A stretch of DNA of 41,781 nucleotides, taken from NCBI GenBank assembly GCA_041563215.1, contig JBFFNJ010000001.1, positions 1 through 41,781 on the forward strand, in the 5' to 3' direction. The DNA comes from Candidatus Deferrimicrobia bacterium (lineage in GTDB: Bacteria; Desulfobacterota; Deferrimicrobia; J040). Made by a program: the position numbers and the translations under genes. Of this stretch, positions 24,648-34,043 are shown in pieces. The notes below the pieces were generated by a model. The model searched no databases. It was not told where the DNA came from and was given only the letters and a program-made list of their open reading frames with translations. Within the stretch, counting starts at the first letter, position 1; each line of letters begins with the position of its first letter.

Positions 24648-24845
24648 TCAGAGGTAGGGTATGAGTTTTTTGACAGCCTTGACGTTCGTCGAATCTATCA
24701 TGACCGACTTTCTCAGCCTTCTCTTGCGCTTCGTGCTCTTATGGGTGAGCAGATGGCTCTTGTTCGCGCTGTTCTTTCTTATCTTTCCCGTTGCGGTAAC
24801 CTTGAACCTCTTTGCCGCGCCTCTGTTCGTCTTGATTTTCGGCAT
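24648..24845 (-). CDS. rpmI: 50S ribosomal protein L35
   Basis: 65 aa. [22 protein letters not shown]...H.L..K..KRKR.L. Confidence 0.95.
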   Translation of the reverse strand: MPKIKTNRGAAKRFKVTATGKIRKNSANKSHLLTHKSTKRKRRLRKSVMIDSTNVKAVKKLIPYL

Positions 24846-24857
24846 CCTATCCTCCCG

Positions 24858-25382
24858 TTAGCTTTTCTTCTTGACCGCAAGGGGACCAAGGATCATTACG
24901 ATTGTCCTTCCTTCCGATTTTGGATGCGACTCGACTTTCGCTAATTCCGAGACTTCCTCGGCAATCCTGTTGAGCAACGCCAGCCCCTGGTTCTGGAATG
25001 CCATCTCCCTTCCCCTGAACCTGCAGGTTACTTTCACCTTGTCTCCATCGCCGAGAAAGCGCCTGATATGTTTTAACTTCACCTGGAAATCGTGCTCATC
25101 GGTCCTGGGTCTTATCTTCATCTCCTTTACATTGATTATGGTCTGCTTCTTCCTGGCCTCGTGTTCCTTCTTGCTCTGGAGGTATTTGTATTTTCCATAA
25201 TCCATTATCCTGCACACGGGCGGATTGGCATTGGGCGCAACCTCGACCAGGTCGAGACCCAGGTCTTTGGCTCTGTTGAGTGCTTCTTCGGTGCTGATGA
25301 TTCCCACCTGCTCGCCGTCTGCACTCACCAATCTTACTTCGTTAGCAGTAATCCGGTTGTTCACCCTAACCTTCTTTACTAT
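24858..25382 (-). CDS. infC: Translation initiation factor IF-3 (start probably the non-canonical ATA at 25382; the track uses GTG 25364)
   Basis: [34 protein letters not shown], and a C-terminal domain with KEMKIRP..DEHDF. AAGGAGG lies 6 nt upstream of ATA 25382 in the same frame. The GTG at 25364 has no suitably spaced SD. Confidence 0.85.
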   Translation of the reverse strand: MVKKVRVNNRITANEVRLVSADGEQVGIISTEEALNRAKDLGLDLVEVAPNANPPVCRIMDYGKYKYLQSKKEHEARKKQTIINVKEMKIRPRTDEHDFQVKLKHIRRFLGDGDKVKVTCRFRGREMAFQNQGLALLNRIAEEVSELAKVESHPKSEGRTIVMILGPLAVKKKS

Positions 25383-27294
25383 GACCTTCCTCCTTTCCTT
25401 CCAGTTCTGACCTTATAATCGATATGAATTCGTCAACGGACATCGATGGAAGATGCCTGTCACCCCTCTGTCTCGGGGTAATCGTATTCGTCTCCATTTC
25501 CCTTTCGCCAAGGACCAGGGCATAGGGTATCTTGCTGACTTGGGCTTCTCTTATCTTGAATGAGAGCTTTTCGTTTCTCTTGTCCTCTCTTACCCTGATG
25601 CCCTCGCTGCGAAGCTTGTGCGCTACCTGCTCGCAGTAATCCCTCGTCCTGTCCGTTACGGTCAACAGGGTTACCTGGACGGGTGCAAGCCAGAGTGGAA
25701 AGGCACCGGCATAGTGCTCGATGAGGATGCCGAAAAACCTCTCGAGGGATCCCATGAGCGCGCGGTGTATCATGATAGCCCGGTGCTCCTTTCCGTCGGA
25801 TGCTATGTAATTCACGTCGAACCTCTCGGGGTTGTTGAAATCAACCTGAATCGTCGAACACTGCCAGGCTCTTCCCAGAACGTCCTTGATCTTGATGTCG
25901 ATCTTCGGGCCGTAGAAAACGCCCGCTCCGGGATCGACCTGATAGGGAAGACCTTTTTTATCCAGTGCCTCCTTGAGAGCATCCTCTGCTCTTGCCCAGG
26001 ATTCTTGGGACCCGGCAAAGCTTTCGGGCCTCGTTGACAGGTATATGTCGTATTCTTTGAAGCCGAATCTTCTAAGAATTTCTATTGTCATGTCGAGAAG
26101 AGCAAAAATCTCCCCCTCGAGCTGTTCGGGGGTTAAAAAAATATGGGCATCGTCCTGGGTGAATCCTCGAACGCGCATGAGCCCGTGGAGAACACCGGAT
26201 CGCTCGAAGCGATAGACAGTCCCGAGCTCGGCGTAGCGGATGGGAAGTTCACGGTAACTTCTGAGCTTCGATTTGTAGATACTGGTGTGGAATGGGCAGT
26301 TCATCGGTTTTATCTGGTAATGAACTCCTTCCACTTCCATGGGGGAATACATATCCTCCCGGTAATAGTCCAGATGCCCGGAAACTCTCCACAGGTCGAG
26401 CTTTGCTACGTGCGGGGTGTAGACGATCTCGTAATCTTTCGCCAGGTGCTCATCCTTCCAGAAGTCCTCGATGATCTTCCTCATCAGAGCACCCTTTGGA
26501 TGCCAGAGGATCAAACCGGGCCCGATATCATCGCTGACGGAGAAGAGTTCGAGTTCTCTTCCGAGGCGACGGTGGTCCCGCTTCTTTACCTCCTCGAGAA
26601 AGTTGATATATTTCTCCAGGCCCTCTTTGTCGGGGAAGGCAGTACCGTAGATTCTGGAAAGCATCTTGTTGTTTTCATCGCCCCTCCAGTACGCACCCGC
26701 TATCTTGAGGAGGCTGAAGAAATTTACCCGCCTGCTTGACTTCACGTGGGGGCCTCTGCACAGGTCGACGAACTCGCCGAGTTTGTAGAGGGACACCCTT
26801 TCATCCGTTAATTCGCGCAAGAGTTCGACTTTGTAGTGCTCGCCAATTTTTTCGAAATAATCGATCGCCTCTTCCCTATCCATGACCTTTTTTTCAAAGG
26901 GAAGGTTCCCGGCTACGATCTTTTTCATTTCCTTTTCGATCTTTCTCAAGTCATCAGGCGTAAAGGGCTCCCGGACGTCAAAATCGTAGTAAAATCCGTT
27001 TTCTATAGATGGCCCGATCGTTACCATCGCCTCGGGGAAAAGTCTTTTCACGGCACACGCCATCACGTGGGCGGCACTGTGCCGGAGGATGTCCACGCCC
27101 TGGTCTTCGTCAACAAAAATCCACGATATCTCCGAGCCCTCCTCAATCGGCCTGTTCAGATCGCTCTCCATGCCGTTGACCTTGACGGCTACCACTCTAC
27201 CGGCATTTAAGGATGAATTGTTGACGAGTAGGTCTTCGTATGTCATACCCGGGGTGAACTGATCCTGCTGCCCCTCAACGGTAACATATGGCAA
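25366..27294 (-). CDS. thrS: Threonine--tRNA ligase
   Basis: 642 aa with a TTG start behind GAGGGAG. TGS domain, editing-domain HSAAHVM, class II motifs ([24 protein letters not shown]), and a C-terminal anticodon-binding domain. Confidence 0.93.
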   Translation of the reverse strand: MPYVTVEGQQDQFTPGMTYEDLLVNNSSLNAGRVVAVKVNGMESDLNRPIEEGSEISWIFVDEDQGVDILRHSAAHVMACAVKRLFPEAMVTIGPSIENGFYYDFDVREPFTPDDLRKIEKEMKKIVAGNLPFEKKVMDREEAIDYFEKIGEHYKVELLRELTDERVSLYKLGEFVDLCRGPHVKSSRRVNFFSLLKIAGAYWRGDENNKMLSRIYGTAFPDKEGLEKYINFLEEVKKRDHRRLGRELELFSVSDDIGPGLILWHPKGALMRKIIEDFWKDEHLAKDYEIVYTPHVAKLDLWRVSGHLDYYREDMYSPMEVEGVHYQIKPMNCPFHTSIYKSKLRSYRELPIRYAELGTVYRFERSGVLHGLMRVRGFTQDDAHIFLTPEQLEGEIFALLDMTIEILRRFGFKEYDIYLSTRPESFAGSQESWARAEDALKEALDKKGLPYQVDPGAGVFYGPKIDIKIKDVLGRAWQCSTIQVDFNNPERFDVNYIASDGKEHRAIMIHRALMGSLERFFGILIEHYAGAFPLWLAPVQVTLLTVTDRTRDYCEQVAHKLRSEGIRVREDKRNEKLSFKIREAQVSKIPYALVLGEREMETNTITPRQRGDRHLPSMSVDEFISIIRSELEGKEEGHSKEG

Positions 27295-27321
27295 CGCCTA
27301 ATCTCCCTCATAAAGTTTAAA

Positions 27322-27340
27322 AACCCGGATTAACCGGGTT
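27322..27340 (-). terminator. 7-bp hairpin between tRNA-Val and thrS (weak terminator or attenuator candidate)
   Basis: AACCCGG-ATTAA-CCGGGTT. On the minus strand it is followed by TTTAAACTTT. It lies 23 nt after the tRNA-Val 3' end and 27 nt before the thrS TTG. Confidence 0.3.
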
Positions 27341-27363
27341 AGTCGAATAAATATCTATACTTA

Positions 27364-27440
27364 TGGTGGGCGATACTGGATTTGAACCAGTGACCTCCTG
27401 CATGTCAAGCAGGCACTCTAACCAACTGAGCTAATCGCCC
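27364..27440 (-). tRNA. tRNA-Val (anticodon GAC)
   Basis: Reverse complement folds as a 77-nt cloverleaf. Acceptor GGGCGAT/ATCGCCC, D arm GCTC/GAGT, anticodon stem CCTGC/GCAGG with loop TTGACAT, T arm ACTGG-TTCAAAT-CCAGT, encoded CCA. Confidence 0.93.
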
Positions 27441-27462
27441 ACACGTTTGATTTAGCATTAAA

Positions 27463-27491
27463 TTATTACCAAAGGAGCTTTTTTGTGTCAA
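27463..27491 (-). promoter_or_regulatory. Near-consensus sigma70 promoter for tRNA-Val (TTGACA-17-TAATAA)
   Basis: Minus strand: TTGACA (27491..27486), a 17-nt spacer, TAATAA (27468..27463). The tRNA 5' end lies 22 nt downstream. Confidence 0.5.
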
Positions 27492-27513
27492 TAAGTTATT
27501 TTTTCAATTACCA

Positions 27514-27942
27514 TCAATTATACATTATTTCCAGGCATTTTCGGTAAAATTCGACAGGATCGGGTTCAAATACGACCACCCTCCTCCCCGTGACACCTCC
27601 CAGTCTTTCCGGCGTGAGATCATCGAGGAATCTATCACCCGTTTCCCTCAAAAGGACCGAAGGTATGAAGAGAATTTCCCCCTTTCTGTCTTTGACCGAC
27701 CTCATTATGTCTTCACCCGTAAGGAGGCCCGTGACGGTAACGGTGTCACCGAAAAGAGCGTTCTCAACCGTTACTACCCTCACCGATGCCTTTGTCTTTT
27801 GGTTGAATTCAGAGATGAAGCGATTGACGAGCCCTGAGGGCAACACGCCTGTCACCACGATTCCGGTAAGATCTCTCATGGGTTTTGCCGCTGTTTTGGA
27901 AAACCTGCTTGCAGACTTCATGAATTTTCTCACCAGCCCCAC
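27514..27942 (-). CDS. DUF512 radical-SAM protein, C-terminal fragment (downstream of an in-frame TGA)
   Basis: 142 aa from GTG 27942. The 33 codons upstream (27943..28041) are also open in the same frame and encode EDFLYASDEFYILAQRGIPSEKRYGEFHQIENGVG, a conserved-looking DUF512 stretch. Confidence 0.75.
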   Translation of the reverse strand: MGLVRKFMKSASRFSKTAAKPMRDLTGIVVTGVLPSGLVNRFISEFNQKTKASVRVVTVENALFGDTVTVTGLLTGEDIMRSVKDRKGEILFIPSVLLRETGDRFLDDLTPERLGGVTGRRVVVFEPDPVEFYRKCLEIMYN

Positions 27943-28041
27943 ACCGTTTTCTATCTGATGAAATTCTCCATACCGTTTCTCGGAAGGGATACCTCTCTGT
28001 GCCAGGATATAAAACTCATCGGAAGCGTAGAGGAAATCTTC

Positions 28042-28812
28042 TCAACTCTCTTTTCTGAATTTTCGTGCGAAAGACTCAACATAGGCAACGATATCCTTTG
28101 CCTTTTCCACAGTGATACTTTCAATGGGGGGCAGACCTTTCCTGTGGGTGGTTATCCCGACCGGCACCAGCGCGACGCTCTCCAGCCCGGGATAAAAGCG
28201 GGACAGATCCGAGATGGTCTGCGTGAGAACCATTCCATCGTTGATTCCGGGGCAGAGGACTATCTGGCCGTGGACTAAGATACCGTTGTGGGTCAATTCG
28301 TGAAGGGTTTTCATAATGTCTTTGGCACGTGGATTGCCGAGCATCCTTCGCCGGAGCTCGTTGTCCGTTGTGTGGATGGAAACGTAAATCGGTGATAGAC
28401 GGTATCTGATGATCTTTCCGAGCTCCTCATCGGTTACATCGGAGAGGGTAACGAAGTTTCCCGAGAGAAATGAGAGGCGGTAATCCTCGTCCTTTACGTA
28501 CAGAGTCCTTCTCATCCCCCGTGGCAACTGATGTACGAAGCAGAAAACGCACTTGTTCTTGCACCGTTTGACTTTTATCGGCTCGGGGATAATCCCGAGG
28601 GGCCCCTCTTTTTCACGGTATGTGAAGGTGAACTGCTCCCCCCTTTTGTTCCTTACGCCGATACGGCACATAGACTGCGCGGTGAGGAAATGAAGGTCGA
28701 TGAGGTCCTCGATACTTTTCCCGTTCACGTGAACGACCCGGTCGCCCCTTACAACGCCGTGCCTGTCTGCGACGCTGTCCCGTGTTACACCGTCCACTCT
28801 GACCACGTTCAT
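28042..28812 (-). CDS. DUF512 radical-SAM protein with N-terminal PDZ-like domain, N-terminal fragment (ends at an in-frame TGA, 28042-28044)
   Basis: 256 aa. PDZ-like GVVRGDRVVHVNGKSI. Radical-SAM cluster motif CKNKCVFCF (Cx3Cx2C). YRLSFLSGNFVTL, SIHTT and LCPGINDG. Homologues as I recall them are ~430-450 aa as one polypeptide. Confidence 0.75.
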   Translation of the reverse strand: MNVVRVDGVTRDSVADRHGVVRGDRVVHVNGKSIEDLIDLHFLTAQSMCRIGVRNKRGEQFTFTYREKEGPLGIIPEPIKVKRCKNKCVFCFVHQLPRGMRRTLYVKDEDYRLSFLSGNFVTLSDVTDEELGKIIRYRLSPIYVSIHTTDNELRRRMLGNPRAKDIMKTLHELTHNGILVHGQIVLCPGINDGMVLTQTISDLSRFYPGLESVALVPVGITTHRKGLPPIESITVEKAKDIVAYVESFARKFRKES

Positions 28813-29414
28813 ATCCTTGTAAGCTTTTTAAAACCGTTTATGAAGTAGTGGATTCCCGATAAAAGGGTCGTTCCACCCGTCACATAAAATAGAGCGGTTT
28901 TGACTATAACGGCCTTTTGTTCGAGACCGAGGCCACGTATAAAATCAGGATAGGAAAGGAGGAAGAGGATATATGCGATGGTAGTGAGCTGGAAGACGGT
29001 GTTGGCTTTTCCGAGGGGGACGGTGGATATCTCCTCCATGCCGATAAATATGATGATCAGCAGCGAGCCCAGGAGTATGATAATATCCCTGCTGATTGTG
29101 ATGATGACGAGCAGGAGGGGAATTTTATGATATATCCCGAGAATGATGAAAGATGCGGCCATGAGGGCCTTGTCGGCTATGGGGTCAAGGAGCATGCCGA
29201 ACCTGCTCTTTACCTGGAATACCCGTGCGATGAAACCGTCGACGGCATCGGTCAATCCGCAGATGACGAAGACGTACAGGGCATATGTATATCTGTCCTG
29301 AATGATAAACTGGACGAAAAAGGGGATGAGTATTATTCTCGCTGCCGTGATGATATTTGCGAGGTTGAGAATTCGCTCTGTATCGAACTTTTCCCTGTAT
29401 CTTCGAACTGGCAT
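28809..29414 (-). CDS. pgsA: CDP-alcohol phosphatidyltransferase (PgsA-like)
   Basis: 201 aa. Signature DAVDGFIARVFQVKSRFGMLLDPIADK (D-x2-DG-x2-AR...G-x3-D-x3-D). About 5 hydrophobic helices. Substrate specificity not determinable by eye. Confidence 0.75.
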   Translation of the reverse strand: MPVRRYREKFDTERILNLANIITAARIILIPFFVQFIIQDRYTYALYVFVICGLTDAVDGFIARVFQVKSRFGMLLDPIADKALMAASFIILGIYHKIPLLLVIITISRDIIILLGSLLIIIFIGMEEISTVPLGKANTVFQLTTIAYILFLLSYPDFIRGLGLEQKAVIVKTALFYVTGGTTLLSGIHYFINGFKKLTRI

Positions 29415-30544
29415 ACGCGCTTTAAGATCTCCCGTATTAACACATCTGTCCCATCACCCGTCTTCGCAGAAATATACAATTTCCCGCTGCCGGGCTCAAT
29501 AGAATATTGTACTCCCGTGAGGTCTGTCTTGTTATACACGGTTATCATCGGTTTATCCCTCACGCCGATATCGGAGAGGATCTCCACGACGACCTCCTCG
29601 TTTTCCTCACAGAAGGGCGAAGAAAAATCGATGACGTGTATGATCAGGTCGGACTCGTTGATGCCCTCGAGTGTTGCCTTGAAAGCATCGATGAGCTCGG
29701 GGGGAAGATCCCTTATGAATCCCACCGTGTCTACGATAAGGCATCTTTTTCCATTTGACGGGATGTTTATTCTTCTCGTTGTCGGATCGAGGGTCGAAAA
29801 CATCTGATTTTTAGAGATCGCGGAGGCGCCGGTCAGGAAATTAAAAAGTGTGGATTTGCCGGCGTTGGTATATCCTACGAGGGAGACGACAAAGGCATTT
29901 CGCTTCTTTCTCCTTTCGTAATGAAGTGTTCTCGTCTTTCGAACTTTCACAAGGTCCCTTTTTATCTGGTTTATCCTCTCCCGAATTCTCCTCCTGTCTA
30001 TCTCGAGTTTCTTTTCTCCCGGCCCCCTGGTTCCTATTCCCCCTCCCGTTCGTGACAGCTCCCTGCCCTTCCCGATGATCCTGGTCAACCGGTATTGAAG
30101 CTGGGCGAGCTCAACCTGCAATTTACCTTCCGAACTCTTGGCCCTCTGGGCAAAGATGTCGAGAATGAGCTCTTTCCTGTCGATTACCTTAACGCCGAGA
30201 AACTCCTCGAGGTTTTTTTGCTGCACAGGCCGCAGGAGATTGTTGAAAATGACGAGATCCGCGTCATAGTGGTGAATCAGCTTGTGGATCTCATCGGCTT
30301 TCCCGGGGCCGATCAGCATTGAAGGATTGAAGTGACTTGCCGAAGCGATCACGGAGTGAGGAACCTCTGCATTGGCGCTCCTTGCAAGGGCATGCAGCTC
30401 GTCCATGAAATCCTGGGCTATTGCAGGCCGGAAAAGGCTGCTCTGTCTATTTTTCCTGCCCTTGAGGAATAGACCGACGAGGATAGCCTTTTCCTTTCCT
30501 CCATTTCCAGAGACAATTGGGCGGTCAGTGAAGGTCAAAGGCAT
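29333..30544 (-). CDS. hflX: GTPase HflX
   Basis: 403 aa. HflX N-terminal domain (DELHALARSANAEV..., coiled LQVELAQLQYRLTR). G domain GYTNAGKSTLFN, DTVGFI and NKTD. Confidence 0.88.
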   Translation of the reverse strand: MPLTFTDRPIVSGNGGKEKAILVGLFLKGRKNRQSSLFRPAIAQDFMDELHALARSANAEVPHSVIASASHFNPSMLIGPGKADEIHKLIHHYDADLVIFNNLLRPVQQKNLEEFLGVKVIDRKELILDIFAQRAKSSEGKLQVELAQLQYRLTRIIGKGRELSRTGGGIGTRGPGEKKLEIDRRRIRERINQIKRDLVKVRKTRTLHYERRKKRNAFVVSLVGYTNAGKSTLFNFLTGASAISKNQMFSTLDPTTRRINIPSNGKRCLIVDTVGFIRDLPPELIDAFKATLEGINESDLIIHVIDFSSPFCEENEEVVVEILSDIGVRDKPMITVYNKTDLTGVQYSIEPGSGKLYISAKTGDGTDVLIREILKRVCQFEDTGKSSIQSEFSTSQISSRQRE

Positions 30545-33500
30545 CGTACCCCAGTTTGTTTTTCAAATCCTCAGCGAAAGTCGGCGTAGGGGCCAGCGAA
30601 TAATCTTCGGACAGATCGATGACGACAAGCAGTGTTCCATCGAGGATGTAGTTGATTCGAGATCTTTTATCACCCCTGTGTTTCATGAAAAGCTTGCTGA
30701 TCTCAGCCACATCTTCACTTTTAACCCTGCTGGAATCGAGCGTTATGTGTACCTCCCGGGAGAGACGTTCTTTCCCTTCGTTGATCTGAACAATGTCCTC
30801 TGCAACTATTTTAACACTTTTATCGTCTCTCTCCACCCTTCCGGAAACGAAAAAGGGGTCGGCTGATTTGATTATGTGATCCGATACTCCATAGAGGTTC
30901 GGGAAGACGATTACCTCGACTATTCCCTCCCTGTCCTCGAAAAAGACAATTGCCATTACCTCATCGCGCCTCGTTCTCTTCTCCCGGAGGTTGTTTACCA
31001 CACCTGCAACCGTAACCCTTTCCCCCTGATGTCTGTGCTGGAGAGAGGATGTGGTTTCAACGTTTACGTCGGATAAAAGGGCATCGTGCTGGTCGAGGGG
31101 ATGTCCCGTTATGTAGAAACCGAGACTTTCTTTCTCGTAGAGCATCTTTTCCTTCTCCGACCAGTCGCGCACGCCTTCCAGATCGATCTCGAGACGTATG
31201 ATATCCGCCGGGGCTTTTTCCCCGAAAAGACCCATCTGGGGGTCGGCTTCTTTCTTTTTCATAAGCTGGACCTTCTCCATCAATTCCGGGAATATCGTGA
31301 ATGCCTTCCCTCTCGACGGCTCTATCGTGTCGAAGGCACCCGCTTTTATCAGGCTCTCTATCGTTCTCTTGTTCACCTTCCTGTGGTCAACCCTCCTGGA
31401 AAAGTCCATCAAATTAACAAATGGACCCTCTTTTCGCGCTTCAACGATGCCTTCGATGGCCGAAGAGCCTACGTTCTTGATTGCAGAGAGCCCGAAGCGT
31501 ATCTTGCCGTCACTGATGATGAACTGCTCCTCGCTTTCGTTCACGTCGGGGGGCAGGACCTCGATTCCCCTGTCTTTGCAATAGTTGATGTACTGTATTA
31601 CCTTTGCCGTATCCTGCGCTTCGTAGGTGAGAATGGAGCAGAAGTACTCCACGGGATAATGGGTTTTCAAATAAGCCGTATGGTAGGCAATGAAAGCGTA
31701 GGCCGCGCTGTGGGATTTGTTGAAACCGTATTCCCCGAAGCCTTTTATGCTGCTCCAGAAGATCCCCGCTTTTTCCCTCTCTATTCCCTTTTTCACACAT
31801 CCATCGATGAATTTGATCTCGTGCTCGGCCATTTTTATCTGATCTTTTTTCCCGATCGCCTTTCTGAGCGAGTCGGCTTCGCCCATCGAATACCCGGCGA
31901 GTACCTGGGCAATTTTCATCACCTGTTCCTGGTAGACGATCACTCCGTGGGTGTCCTTCAGGATCTCCTTCAGCTCCGGGAAGATATAATCTACCTGCCT
32001 TCTGCCATGTTTCCTCTCAACGTAATCATCGACCATTCCGCTCTGAAGAGGTCCCGGCCGGTACAGAGCAATTGCATCGATGAGCTCTGTTAATTTCGTG
32101 GGTCTGATTTTTGTGATGAGGTCGGTGAAACCGGTGCTCTCGCACTGGAATACCCCTTTCGTATCTCCCTTCTGAAGTGTTTCATAGACCTTCTCGTCAT
32201 CGAGCTTGATCCGTTCCAGCTTCAGTTCTACCCCGTGATTCTGTCTGATGAGGTCGAGGGCGTGCTTCATAATCGTCAGCGTCCGAAGGCCGAGAAAGTC
32301 GAATTTTATCAGGCCGATTTTATCGATATCCTTCATTGGAAACTGTGTAGTGATATCCCCGTTGGAGTTTCTATAGAGAGGAACATGCTCGGTAATCCGT
32401 CCGCTGGAAATCACGACCCCCGCGGCATGCGTCGATGCGTGCCTCGAGGTCCCCTCGATTGCAATCGATATTTCGGCAACCTTTTTCGCCTGAGGGTCAC
32501 TATCGAGCAACTCCTTTAACCTGGGGTCGGTCCTTATCGCGGGGGCAAGTTTCATTCCTGCAGGGACGAGTTTTGCCATCCTGTCAGCCTCCGCGTAGGG
32601 AATGTCGAGAACCCTTGCCACATCGCGAATGGCGGCTTTTGCCTGCATGGTGCCGAATGTAATGATCTGTGCAACGTTCTCCTTACCGTATTTATCCTCC
32701 ACATATCTGATCACCTCATCTCTTCCGAGCATACAGAAGTCGCAGTCTATATCGGGCATGCTTATGCGGTCGGGGTTTAAAAACCTCTCGAAGAGAAGAT
32801 CATATTGAATCGGATCGATGTCGGTAATCCTCAGACAATAGGATACCAGTGATCCCGCGGCGCTTCCCCTTCCCGGTCCAACGGGAATACCCTTTTTCTT
32901 GGAAAAGTTGATGAAGTCCCAGACAATCAAAAAGTAGTCTGCAAAGCCGGTATTTTTAATGATCTCTATCTCGTAATCCAGCCGTTTTCTATAGCGGAAC
33001 CGGTCATGGTCGTCGATTTTTTCATTGCGCGATTTCATTTCTAAGAACCGCTCTTCCATGCCGTTGATGGCAAGTGTTTTCATGTAATCGTGGCTTTCAA
33101 TGCCCTCCGGGGAGGAGAAGCGGGGGATTTTGTACGTTCCCAGGTCGATGGTTACATTGCATCGCTCGAAAATATACATCGTGTTCTTGAGCGATTCGCC
33201 GTAGTCCCCGAACTCTTTGTACATCAGTTCTGGGGGTTTTAAGTAAAACTGGTCTGTTTCAAATCTCATCCTGTTTTCGTCGTCTATTTTTTTGCCCGTC
33301 TGGAGGCATAAAAGGATGTCATGGATCCCGTGATCCTCCTTTTTCAGATAGTGACAGTCGTTGGTCGCTACCAGAGGCACGCCGTTTTTATTCGAAAGCT
33401 TGGCGAGCAGCTTGTTCATCCTGTTTTGTTCGGGAAGGCCGTTTGCCTGGATCTCGAGGAAAAATGAATCCTTTCCATAAATGTCAACATACTCTTTGAG

Positions 33501-33974
33501 TACCTGGGTGGCTCTTTTCTCCCCCTCACTGTTCAAGACCGTTGGGATTTCTCCCTGGAGGCACGATGATAAGGCGATAATCCCGTCTGCGTGCTCGCGG
33601 AGCAGCTCCTTATCAGCTCTCGGCTTGTAGTAGAAGCCCTCCATGTGTGCTTTCGATACGAGCTGCAAGAGGTTTTTATAGCCCTCGTTGTTTTCTGCGA
33701 GGAGGATGAGATGATACAGATTGTTTCCCCTGGCACCACTTTCCTTGTCGAAGCGAGAACCCGGGGTAACGTACATTTCACATCCGATTATCGGCTTGAT
33801 TCCCTCTCTTATTGCCTGATCGTAGAACTTGACGACCCCCATCATGGAGCCGTGGTCGGTCACGGCAACGCCGGGCATTCCCAGTTCCTTTACCCGGGAA
33901 ACGAGATCACCGATCTTGATCAACCCATCGAGAAGGCTGTACTGCGTGTGCAGATGCAAATGGACAAAGTTCAT
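30525..33974 (-). CDS. dnaE: DNA polymerase III alpha subunit
   Basis: 1149 aa. PHP domain FVHLHLHTQYSLLDG. Palm and fingers motifs (GPGRGSAAGSLVSYCL, PDIDCDF, GLIKFDFLGL, YRPGP). OB fold near the C-terminus. Confidence 0.95.
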   Translation of the reverse strand: MNFVHLHLHTQYSLLDGLIKIGDLVSRVKELGMPGVAVTDHGSMMGVVKFYDQAIREGIKPIIGCEMYVTPGSRFDKESGARGNNLYHLILLAENNEGYKNLLQLVSKAHMEGFYYKPRADKELLREHADGIIALSSCLQGEIPTVLNSEGEKRATQVLKEYVDIYGKDSFFLEIQANGLPEQNRMNKLLAKLSNKNGVPLVATNDCHYLKKEDHGIHDILLCLQTGKKIDDENRMRFETDQFYLKPPELMYKEFGDYGESLKNTMYIFERCNVTIDLGTYKIPRFSSPEGIESHDYMKTLAINGMEERFLEMKSRNEKIDDHDRFRYRKRLDYEIEIIKNTGFADYFLIVWDFINFSKKKGIPVGPGRGSAAGSLVSYCLRITDIDPIQYDLLFERFLNPDRISMPDIDCDFCMLGRDEVIRYVEDKYGKENVAQIITFGTMQAKAAIRDVARVLDIPYAEADRMAKLVPAGMKLAPAIRTDPRLKELLDSDPQAKKVAEISIAIEGTSRHASTHAAGVVISSGRITEHVPLYRNSNGDITTQFPMKDIDKIGLIKFDFLGLRTLTIMKHALDLIRQNHGVELKLERIKLDDEKVYETLQKGDTKGVFQCESTGFTDLITKIRPTKLTELIDAIALYRPGPLQSGMVDDYVERKHGRRQVDYIFPELKEILKDTHGVIVYQEQVMKIAQVLAGYSMGEADSLRKAIGKKDQIKMAEHEIKFIDGCVKKGIEREKAGIFWSSIKGFGEYGFNKSHSAAYAFIAYHTAYLKTHYPVEYFCSILTYEAQDTAKVIQYINYCKDRGIEVLPPDVNESEEQFIISDGKIRFGLSAIKNVGSSAIEGIVEARKEGPFVNLMDFSRRVDHRKVNKRTIESLIKAGAFDTIEPSRGKAFTIFPELMEKVQLMKKKEADPQMGLFGEKAPADIIRLEIDLEGVRDWSEKEKMLYEKESLGFYITGHPLDQHDALLSDVNVETTSSLQHRHQGERVTVAGVVNNLREKRTRRDEVMAIVFFEDREGIVEVIVFPNLYGVSDHIIKSADPFFVSGRVERDDKSVKIVAEDIVQINEGKERLSREVHITLDSSRVKSEDVAEISKLFMKHRGDKRSRINYILDGTLLVVIDLSEDYSLAPTPTFAEDLKNKLGYDAFDLH

Positions 33975-34043
33975 CTGGAGACTCCATACACAGTTATTAC
34001 TTAAACGCCCTGCCGGTTGTTTCTGGCTGTTTGTAAAACACTA

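Noticed and set aside
28042-28044. In-frame TGA as evidence of genome-wide stop-codon reassignment (TGA = Gly/Trp) or an obvious selenocysteine codon
   Set aside because: TGA clearly terminates several well-delimited genes in this window (for example at 1347-1349, 5140-5142, 8057-8059 and 10243-10245), so there is no global recoding. By eye I found only weak 3-5-bp pairings downstream and no convincing SECIS-like hairpin. The neighbouring residues are not a redox motif. It is kept as a finding only as an unexplained in-frame stop.
28917-29807. 296-aa plus-strand ORF opposite pgsA/hflX
   Set aside because: Antisense to two confidently identified genes. The composition is low-complexity and Asp/Glu-rich. 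It is a shadow ORF of the codon-biased opposite strand.
31086-32093. 335-aa plus-strand ORF inside dnaE (similar long antisense ORFs at 22980..23675, 37912..38622 and 38974..39627)
   Set aside because: All lie antisense to strongly conserved housekeeping genes and show no motifs. Long stop-free antisense frames are expected at this GC content.
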